Positions 57,345 through 64,000 of a stretch of 64,000 nucleotides of DNA are shown in pieces. Origin of the DNA: Acidimicrobiales bacterium (lineage in GTDB: Bacteria; Actinomycetota; Acidimicrobiia; Acidimicrobiales; JAVJTC01); the NCBI GenBank assembly GCA_040219085.1, contig JAVJTC010000043.1:4481-68480 (forward strand). The letters are read 5' to 3'. The position numbers and the translations under genes were made by a program. How positions within the stretch are numbered: position 1 is the first letter of the stretch; every line of letters starts with the position of its first letter. Under the pieces are notes generated by a model. It did no database searches. It saw only the letters and a program-made list of their open reading frames with translations, and was not told where the DNA came from.

Positions 57345-57365
57345 ATGTGCTACTTTGTAGCACAT
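57345..57365. promoter_or_regulatory. Perfect 9-bp inverted repeat overlapping the antitoxin start (probable TA operator)
   Basis: ATGTGCTAC-TTT-GTAGCACAT. Its last two bases are the first two of the ATG at 57364. Confidence 0.6.
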
Positions 57366-57627
57366 GAGTGAGGTCGGGATCCGCGCCCTGAAGCAGAACG
57401 CGTCGGCCGTCGTCGACCGGGCCGCCGCCGGGGAGACCGTCACGATCACACATCGGGGCCGTCCCGTGGCGCAGATGACAGCGATTCCGACCTCCCGGCT
57501 GCAGTCGCTGGTCGATGCCGGACGAGCACGAATGGCACGGGGTGACATCACAGCTCTGCCAGGCCCGGCACCCGGCCCGGCTCTGTCCGAAGAACTCGAT
57601 CGCATGCGGACCGACGACAGGTACTGA
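57364..57627 (+). CDS. Type II antitoxin, Phd/YefM family
   Basis: 87 aa: MSEVGIRALKQNASAVVDRAAAGETVTITHRGRPVAQMTAIP. Its stop abuts the toxin GTG. Confidence 0.88.
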   Translation: MSEVGIRALKQNASAVVDRAAAGETVTITHRGRPVAQMTAIPTSRLQSLVDAGRARMARGDITALPGPAPGPALSEELDRMRTDDRY

Positions 57628-58020
57628 GTGGCCTTCTATCTCGACACCTCCGCCCTCGTGAAACTCGTCGTCGCCGAAGCCGAAACCGAGGCGCTCCGCG
57701 AATGGCTGGCCGCCGCCGAACGGAACCCGGTGACCTGCGAACTGGCCCGCACCGAGTTGATGCGGGCCGTACGTCGCCGCGCACCGGAGGCGATGGTGCG
57801 CGCCCGACTGGTGCTCGACGCCGTCACGGTCCTCGAGGTGCCTTCGCCCACGTTCGACCGGGCAGGCCGCGTCGATCCGACCTCCCTGCGGACGCTCGAT
57901 GCGGTCCACATCGCGGCAGCGCTCGACCTGGGCGACGACCTCGAGGGTCTCGTCGCCTATGACTCCCGACTCTCCGAAGCGGCCGAAGCCAACGGCATCC
58001 CCCTCACCTCGCCGGTCTGA
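57628..58020 (+). CDS. vapC: Type II toxin VapC (PIN-domain ribonuclease)
   Basis: 130 aa: MAFYLDTSALVKLVVAEAETEAL...TCELARTELMRAV...LRTLDAVHIAAAL...LVAYDSRLSEAAEANG. The acidic PIN residues D6, E40-ish, D92-ish and D112-ish are present. Confidence 0.88.
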   Translation: MAFYLDTSALVKLVVAEAETEALREWLAAAERNPVTCELARTELMRAVRRRAPEAMVRARLVLDAVTVLEVPSPTFDRAGRVDPTSLRTLDAVHIAAALDLGDDLEGLVAYDSRLSEAAEANGIPLTSPV

Positions 58021-58087
58021 CTTCACCTCTGCACTCGCAGCGGTGACGCCGCACGAACACCGGCGGCACTCTTCGTCTCCGACCGCA

Positions 58088-58121
58088 GGCCCTGATGTAC
58101 GCGATTGCGTACATCAGGGCC
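58088..58121. terminator. Perfect 15-bp hairpin between convergent vapC and hydrolase genes (bidirectional terminator candidate)
   Basis: GGCCCTGATGTACGC-GATT-GCGTACATCAGGGCC followed by GTTTCG. Confidence 0.6.
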
Positions 58122-58284
58122 GTTTCGCGACTGGGGCTATTCGGCCGACCCGCGGAGACCGGCCGCAATCTCAATGCCCCCCGAGTACATCCAGGAGTGC
58201 CAGACGGGCGCGGTGGTACTTGTTGCCGGAATGCCCGGGCCCGCTCGGTCGCCTCGACGCGATCCACCCAGCGACGAACGCTGA

Positions 58285-59112
58285 TCATGGCTTCGCCGCT
58301 GCAGCGGACCCGAGGATCTCGTCGTAGAACCCGCCCACCGCGTCGTTGTAGCGACCCGCACGCATGACCATGAACCCGTGCGCAGCCGACGAGATGACCT
58401 CCAGACGCGCGTCGGGGATCGCCTCGGCCAACTCCTCGGAGTCGGCGACCGGCGTGAGGATGTCCTGGCTGCCGACGATCACGAAGGTCGGCACGGCGAT
58501 CTCACCGAGATACCCGCCGACCGCTTCAGGGGCGTCGACCAACGCCTGCAACTGGGCCACCACGCCGGGCACCGGCGCACGGATGATCAGGGGCGCCACC
58601 ACGGGCGAGATCGGCCACAGGCGCCGCAGGTGCCGCGCCGCCACCACCCAGCGGATGTTCTCCTGCGCAAGGGCCCGCGAACCCTCGGTCAGCGCGATCT
58701 CGATCCACTCGGTGAACAGCGCGCGCCTCCAGGACTTCATCCGAGAGGCCGTGCACGCCAGGACCAGGGAACGAACCCGTGCGGGATGTCGGATGGCGAC
58801 GATCTGGGCGAGCACCCCGCCGAGCGACGCCCCCATCACGTGCGCGGAACCGATCCCCTCGGCGTCCATCACGGCGATGACGTCCGCCGCCATGACCTCG
58901 AGGTCGTAGGGGCCTGCCGGGACGCCGCTCGCACCCGAGCCACGGTTGTCCAGCGCGACCAACCTGAACCGGCGGCGAAGGGCGGGCCACTGGCGCACCC
59001 AACCCCACCGGTCCGCCCCGAGGCCCATGATCAGGACCAGGGGCTCGCCATCGGCCGCCCCGAAGACCCGGTAGGAGATCTCGGTTCCGTCCGCTGCCCG
59101 CGCCGTCGCCAT
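58285..59112 (-). CDS. Alpha/beta hydrolase
   Basis: 275 aa from Met 12, in an ATGA overlap with the upstream gene stop: MATARAADGTEISYRVFGAADGEPLVLIMGLG... Nucleophile elbow GASLGG. Confidence 0.85.
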   Translation of the reverse strand: MATARAADGTEISYRVFGAADGEPLVLIMGLGADRWGWVRQWPALRRRFRLVALDNRGSGASGVPAGPYDLEVMAADVIAVMDAEGIGSAHVMGASLGGVLAQIVAIRHPARVRSLVLACTASRMKSWRRALFTEWIEIALTEGSRALAQENIRWVVAARHLRRLWPISPVVAPLIIRAPVPGVVAQLQALVDAPEAVGGYLGEIAVPTFVIVGSQDILTPVADSEELAEAIPDARLEVISSAAHGFMVMRAGRYNDAVGGFYDEILGSAAAAKP

Positions 59113-60062
59113 CAGGGGGCGGAGACGTGGTCGCGGCTCTCCCACGCATGCAGATCCGCCACGATCTCGCGGGTCGAGTACCGGGCCGTGAAACCGAGGT
59201 GGCTCGTCGCGTGCGCGGTCGTCGCGCGACGACCCCGTCGCAGGAGCTCACGCACGTGGTCCGGCAGTGGACTCCCGACGATCTCCGTCACCGATCGGGT
59301 CAGCAGCAACCCGGCCGCCGGCAGCGGGACCGGCAACCGGCGCGCGGACCAGGTGGCATACCAGGGGTCGACCGCATCCGCTGCGGCGATGTTCACGGGA
59401 CCGTCGAATCCCCGCAGGAGGGCCGACTCCGTCGCACGTGCGACGTCGTCGAGGTGCACCAGTTGGAACAGCGGCCGCCGCAGCGTGACCGGGACGACGG
59501 GCAGACGGAGGTAGCGCGCCAGCGGGCTCGGCATGTGTGCACCCGCGATGGGGGCGAAACGCAGAATGGCGAGGGGTGCACCCATCCGCCCGGCGACCTT
59601 CTCGCACTCGGCCTCGGCGGCGGCCACGATCCGGCCGAAACCCGAGGTCGGGTCACGGGGCGCCGTCTCGTCGGGGACGTCGGCACGACCCCCGCCGCGG
59701 CCGTACACCTCCAGTCCCGAACGCACGACGATCCGTTGCACCGTGCGCACACCGATCACCGCGCCCATGAGCGCGTCGGTCAGAGCGGCTGTCCGTTGCA
59801 CTGCCTCGCCGGGCGTCGAGCGGGCGTTCGGTTCGTAGATGCCGAAGTGCACGACGGCGGTCGGCGCGAACTCGTGCACGAGCGACACGAGGCCGTCGGC
59901 ATCACCGGGACGAACCAGATGGAACTCCGTGCGTTGGAGCCGACGGCGGGGCGGCTCCAGATCCACACCGCAGATGGCATCGACCTCGGCGAGAGCTTCC
60001 AGGCGGCGCGCGACCCTCGTCCCGATCTCGCCGCCGAGACCGGTCACGAAGACGCGCTCCAC
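59112..60062 (-). CDS. NAD-dependent epimerase/dehydratase family protein
   Basis: 316 aa from GTG 60062, 2 nt after the lysS stop: VERVFVTGLGGEIGTRVARRL (Rossmann GxxGxxG). The longer ORF to 60614 is an artefact. Confidence 0.8.
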   Translation of the reverse strand: MERVFVTGLGGEIGTRVARRLEALAEVDAICGVDLEPPRRRLQRTEFHLVRPGDADGLVSLVHEFAPTAVVHFGIYEPNARSTPGEAVQRTAALTDALMGAVIGVRTVQRIVVRSGLEVYGRGGGRADVPDETAPRDPTSGFGRIVAAAEAECEKVAGRMGAPLAILRFAPIAGAHMPSPLARYLRLPVVPVTLRRPLFQLVHLDDVARATESALLRGFDGPVNIAAADAVDPWYATWSARRLPVPLPAAGLLLTRSVTEIVGSPLPDHVRELLRRGRRATTAHATSHLGFTARYSTREIVADLHAWESRDHVSAP

Positions 60063-60064
60063 GC

Positions 60065-61468
60065 TCAGTCCGCCTCTGGGCGCAGGGTGGGGAACAGAAC
60101 GACGTCGCGGATCGAGCCGGCGTCGGCGAGCAACATGACGAGACGGTCGATCCCGATACCCAGACCACCCGTCGGCGGGAGGCCGTACTCGAGTGCCCGC
60201 AGGTAGTCCTCGTCGACGACCATCGCCTCGTCGTCGCCCGTGGCGCGGTCGCGCTCCTGGGCCTCGAAGCGGGCCCGCTGGACGTCGGGATCGGTGAGCT
60301 CGGAGAACGCATTGCAGAGCTCCCGTCCGGCGACGATCCCCTCGAAGCGCTCGACGAAGCCGGGCTCGGAGCGGTGATCGCGGGCGAGGGGCGACACCTC
60401 GGTCGGATAGTCGGTGACGAAGACCGGGCCCCACAGCGTTGCCTCGGTGGTCTTCTCGTAGATCTCCAGGAGGAGCTTGCCGGGCCCCCAGTGCTGTGAC
60501 GGCTCGATCCCGACCTGACCGGCTATGGCCGAGAGCTGGTCCACGCCCATGTCCAGCGAGAGCTCGTGACCCGTGGTCTCCGCGATCAACTCGACCAGCG
60601 TCGCCCTGCGCCACGGCGGAGCCAGGTCGATCTCACGTCCCCCGTAGGTGATGGTCGTCGTGCCGTGGATGGCGGTGGCGAGCCCGGCGACCACCTCCTC
60701 GGTCAGCGCCATCATGTCGGTGTAGTCGGCGTAGGCCTGGTAGAGCTCGAGCATCGTGAACTCGGGGTTGTGGCGCGTCGACAGACCCTCGTTGCGGAAG
60801 ACGCGGGCGATCTCGAAGACCCTCTCCATGCCACCGATCACCAGGCGCTTCAGGTAGAGCTCCGGCGCGATCCGCAGGTACAGGTCCACGTCCAGCGCGT
60901 TGTGGTGGGTGATGAAGGGCTTCGCGAGCGCGCCACCCGGGATCGGATGGAACACAGGGGTCTCGACCTCGATGAATCCCCGACGGTCGAGCTCGGCCCG
61001 CAGCAGCGACAGCACGCGGCTGCGCACACGGAAGGCCTCAGCGGCCTCCGGCGTCACCCACAGGTCCACCTCACGTTGGCGGTAGCGGGTGTCGACGTCG
61101 GTCAGCCCGTGCCACTTGTCCGGGAACGGGCGCCGTGCCTCAGCGAGGCGGGTCCAGGCGTCGACACGTACCGACAGCTCCCCCCGTCTGGTCTTCATCA
61201 CCTCGCCGGTGACCCCGATCCAGTCGCCCAGGTTCAGATCACAGAAGGCCTCGTAGTCCGGGGTGGTCTTCTGCGGCGCGAACAGCTGGACACGGCCCGA
61301 AGAGTCCTGCAGGGTCGCGAATGCGAGCTTCCCCTGAACCCGGCGCAGCACGACCCGGCCGGCGATCGTCGCTGTCTCGCCGGTCTCGGAACCGTCGTCG
61401 ATGCCACCGTGGCGTTCGATAAGTGAGGCCGCGCTCGCATCGACCTCGTAGCGGAACGGCTGGGTCAT
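60065..61468 (-). CDS. lysS: Lysine--tRNA ligase (class II)
   Basis: 467 aa from Met 16, in an ATGA overlap with the coaX stop. Contains FIEVETPVFHPIPGGALAKPF, FRNEGLSTRHNPEFTMLE and GLGIGIDRLVMLL. Confidence 0.96.
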   Translation of the reverse strand: MTQPFRYEVDASAASLIERHGGIDDGSETGETATIAGRVVLRRVQGKLAFATLQDSSGRVQLFAPQKTTPDYEAFCDLNLGDWIGVTGEVMKTRRGELSVRVDAWTRLAEARRPFPDKWHGLTDVDTRYRQREVDLWVTPEAAEAFRVRSRVLSLLRAELDRRGFIEVETPVFHPIPGGALAKPFITHHNALDVDLYLRIAPELYLKRLVIGGMERVFEIARVFRNEGLSTRHNPEFTMLELYQAYADYTDMMALTEEVVAGLATAIHGTTTITYGGREIDLAPPWRRATLVELIAETTGHELSLDMGVDQLSAIAGQVGIEPSQHWGPGKLLLEIYEKTTEATLWGPVFVTDYPTEVSPLARDHRSEPGFVERFEGIVAGRELCNAFSELTDPDVQRARFEAQERDRATGDDEAMVVDEDYLRALEYGLPPTGGLGIGIDRLVMLLADAGSIRDVVLFPTLRPEAD

Positions 61469-62262
61469 GCGTTCTTCGCCCAGATGAGTCGCAGACCGTG
61501 CAGCGTGAGCCACGGCTCGACACGTTCCACCGTCTCGCAGTGTGGGGCGATGAGAGGTGCGAGGCCACCGGTCGCGGGTACGGCGGCCTCTCCGAGCTCG
61601 GCCTCTATCCGTCGGACCAACCCGTCCACCTGAGCGGCGTAGCCGTACACGGCACCGGACTGCAGAGACTCCATCGTCGAACGCCCGATCACGCTCTGTG
61701 GCTCGACGAGTTCCACGGCGCGCAGGGCCGCGGCGCGCTCGAACAGGGCCTCCAGGCTGATCTCGACGCCGGGGGCGATGGCACCCCCGAGATACTCGCC
61801 GTCGCCGGAGATCGCGTCGAAGGTCGTCCCGGTCCCGAAGTCCACGACGATGGTCGGTCCCCCGAACAGGTCGAAGGCACCGACGGCGTTCGCGATCCTG
61901 TCCGCGCCGACCTCACGGGGGTTCTCATAGCGAACGGGCATCCCGGTCTTGACGCCGGGTCCCAGGACGATGGGGTCGACGTTGAGGTGGCGCACCGACA
62001 TCTCCCGCAGCGCGGTGGTGACGCGGGGAACACCCGAGGACACGGCCACGCCCTCGATGTCCGACGTGATGTCCCAGTCCTCGAGTTCGAGCATGCCGCT
62101 CAGCAGGACCATCAACTGGTCGTCGGTGCGGTGGTGCTCGGTGGCGGCCCGCCAGTGCCCCACGAGCCCCGCCGAGGCCGACGGCTCCGGCGGCGTCTCA
62201 CCGTCGATCTCGTACAGACCGACCACCGTCTGTGTGTTCCCGACATCGACTACGAGGAGCAC
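61465..62262 (-). CDS. coaX: Type III pantothenate kinase
   Basis: 265 aa from GTG 62262: VLLVVDVGNTQTVVGLY...VVDFGTGTTFDAI...GGAIAPG. Confidence 0.92.
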   Translation of the reverse strand: MLLVVDVGNTQTVVGLYEIDGETPPEPSASAGLVGHWRAATEHHRTDDQLMVLLSGMLELEDWDITSDIEGVAVSSGVPRVTTALREMSVRHLNVDPIVLGPGVKTGMPVRYENPREVGADRIANAVGAFDLFGGPTIVVDFGTGTTFDAISGDGEYLGGAIAPGVEISLEALFERAAALRAVELVEPQSVIGRSTMESLQSGAVYGYAAQVDGLVRRIEAELGEAAVPATGGLAPLIAPHCETVERVEPWLTLHGLRLIWAKNA

Positions 62263-63146
62263 GGCTGGCTCCCCTCGTCCGTGTCGATGTCGAGGCCGAG
62301 GTCGAGGATGGGCGCCGAATTCGTGAGAGCCCCGATCGAGACGAGGTCGACCCCGGTGGCGGCGTAGGCCCGTACGACCTCGAGGCTGATCCCACCTGAT
62401 GCCTCGAGCAGTGGACGACGGTCGTGGCCGGCCGCGTGTTCCTCCGCAGCCAACACGCATTCACGCGTCTCCACGGGAGTCATGTTGTCCAGGAGGACGA
62501 GGTCGACCCCGGCGTCGAGCGCCTCCCGGACCTGGTCGAGTGAGTCGCACTCGACCTCAACCGTCTTGCCGGGCCAGCGGTCACGGGCCGCGGCCACAGC
62601 GTCGGCGATGGACGTCACCGACAGATGGGTGTCCTTGATCATCACCCACTCGGACAGATTGCCCCGGTGATTACGACCGCCACCGGCTCGTACCGCAGCC
62701 TTCTCGAGCGCACGCAGCCCCGGTGTCGTCTTGCGAGTGTCCCACACGGTGACCTGCCCGAGAGCCTCGCTGACGTGTAGCCGCGTGGAGGTGGCGATAC
62801 CCGAGAGGTGACCGAGGAAGTTGAGCGCCGTCCGCTCCGCGGTCGCAATCGACGCGAGCGACCCTGCGACGGTGGCACAGCGCGTCCCGGGCTCGACCGC
62901 GTCGCCGTCGACCGCGTGCCATGTCACGGCGATGGCGGGATCCACGCGTGCGAAGGTCTCGTCTGCGCAGGCCACCCCGGCGAGGACGCCTGTGGCGCGG
63001 GACGCGATGGTCGCCGTGACACGGCGCATCGGATCCAAAAGCGCTGCCGACACGTCGCCGAGCGGTTCGAGGTCTTCCGCCAGAGCGAGTGCGACGCGAT
63101 CGGCGACCACGCCTGCGGGAGGGTCGAAGGGTGTCGGGCTTCTCAC
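62250..63146 (-). CDS. nadC: Nicotinate-nucleotide diphosphorylase (carboxylating)
   Basis: 298 aa containing ERTALNFLGHLSGIAT, DTRKTTPGLR, KDTH and EASGGI. Confidence 0.94.
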   Translation of the reverse strand: MRSPTPFDPPAGVVADRVALALAEDLEPLGDVSAALLDPMRRVTATIASRATGVLAGVACADETFARVDPAIAVTWHAVDGDAVEPGTRCATVAGSLASIATAERTALNFLGHLSGIATSTRLHVSEALGQVTVWDTRKTTPGLRALEKAAVRAGGGRNHRGNLSEWVMIKDTHLSVTSIADAVAAARDRWPGKTVEVECDSLDQVREALDAGVDLVLLDNMTPVETRECVLAAEEHAAGHDRRPLLEASGGISLEVVRAYAATGVDLVSIGALTNSAPILDLGLDIDTDEGSQPCSS

Positions 63147-63985
63147 GAGAAGCCCCGCGAGTCCTGCTTGAGTGCCGTGTCGACGGTGAGTGCCGCCGCC
63201 ACGACGAGTGTCCGTAGCGGATCCGCCAACGGACGGTGGATCTGCACCACGTAGTTGTCCGCCGTGGTGAACAGCGTCTTGGCGAGACCCTCCCAGGTCT
63301 TGGTCATCCGTGCCACCGACTCGTCTGCGGCATCCACCACGTCGAAGTTCCAGGCCCGCCAGTTCTCGGCGCGGATGGTCCCGACGCGTTCGTCGTCGGC
63401 GCCGTAGAGCCCGAAGCGGATCTTGCCGATGGCGTTCTCCTGCCGGGCCTCACCGACCACCTCGCCGAGACCGTCGGTGACCACGACCCGGGACTTGACG
63501 AACTTCCGGGGCCGGGTGATCCCCATCACGACGTTCCCGGCGGCGTCGACCACCTGGTAGGTGTGCGTCATGAACTGGTCGGCGCTCGAGACGACCCGGA
63601 CGAACTTCTTCAGGGCGCTCTGACCGACTTGGCGCACCGCCCCGATCTGGGTGCCGGTTCCGTCGTAGACGGCGTACTCCGCGTTGACCTCGATGATCTT
63701 GGCCTTCTGGTTCACCACGAGCACCGGCTCATCGAGGAGGTGTCCGCTCCCCTGCCATGTGGCCGCCGTCCCGCCCGCCCTGGCGGTGGCCGCCTCGTGG
63801 CGCCGGAGTTGATCGGCGATGCGATCCGGTGTGGCGGTACCGGTGACGGCCGGCGGCACGCCCGAAGGTGCATCGACGCTCTGGCGGCCGTGCGAGGACA
63901 CGTGCTCGGTCCACTCCGTTCCGTTCCAGTACCGCAGCTCGTGGCGACCATAAGGGTCGGGGAACCATCCCGCCGGGTTCGACAT
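63143..63985 (-). CDS. DUF2510 + phospholipid scramblase/LURP-one-like domain protein
   Basis: 280 aa. N-terminus is GWFPDPYGRHELRYWNGTEWTEHV. The C-terminal about 190 aa has a scramblase-family pattern (FVLVVNQKAKIIEV...YQVVDAAGNVV...RFGLYGADDERVGTI). Confidence 0.75.
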   Translation of the reverse strand: MSNPAGWFPDPYGRHELRYWNGTEWTEHVSSHGRQSVDAPSGVPPAVTGTATPDRIADQLRRHEAATARAGGTAATWQGSGHLLDEPVLVVNQKAKIIEVNAEYAVYDGTGTQIGAVRQVGQSALKKFVRVVSSADQFMTHTYQVVDAAGNVVMGITRPRKFVKSRVVVTDGLGEVVGEARQENAIGKIRFGLYGADDERVGTIRAENWRAWNFDVVDAADESVARMTKTWEGLAKTLFTTADNYVVQIHRPLADPLRTLVVAAALTVDTALKQDSRGFS

Positions 63986-64000
63986 GGGCGCAAGGATAAC

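Noticed and set aside
58122-58284. Possible decayed gene fragment downstream of the alpha/beta hydrolase (minus-frame peptide ...GNKYHRARLALLDVLGG)
   Set aside because: It is too short, has no recognisable family, and is not supported by a start or stop structure. It is mentioned only as a reason to run tblastx on the gap.

Overview
Visibly GC-rich bacterial chromosome segment (GC not computed). Gene content and order indicate Actinomycetota: tRNA-Tyr/Thr/Met/Trp-secE-nusG-rplKA-rplJL-rpoBC-rpsLG-fusA-tuf-S10 operon, plus Rpf, PAC2, DUF3263, HemQ, ClpC1-like and groEL2-type genes. An acidic-proteome lineage such as Acidimicrobiia is possible but not provable from this window. Positions 1-22991 form one co-directional minus-strand block of translation and transcription genes with very short gaps and many ATGA/GTGA stop-start overlaps. 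Positions 23000-64000 hold housekeeping and metabolic genes (acs, tesB, glnD, hemQ, fdhD, groEL, ispDF, radA, clpC, lysS, coaX, nadC), five tRNAs in total, one VapBC toxin-antitoxin pair and an ECF sigma factor. No CRISPR array, rRNA, transposase or integrase was seen. Most long plus-strand ORFs in the track that lie opposite these genes are high-GC artefacts. The items most worth a second look are listed here. (1) A redoxin gene has an in-frame TGA exactly at the first Cys of its CxxC motif, so it is either a candidate selenoprotein or a fresh pseudogene. (2) A 52-bp tandem repeat of 3.25 copies, not a multiple of 3, spans the 3' end of the ECF sigma gene and the start of the next gene. (3) L22, L4, L10, S3 and NusG carry lineage-specific acidic extensions, with in-frame tandem duplications in rplD and rplJ that share an identical 18-mer. 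(4) A 352-nt structured non-coding spacer sits between rpsJ and rplC. (5) Two genes (a HAD-like phosphatase and glnD) have conserved N-terminal sequence upstream of any canonical start codon.
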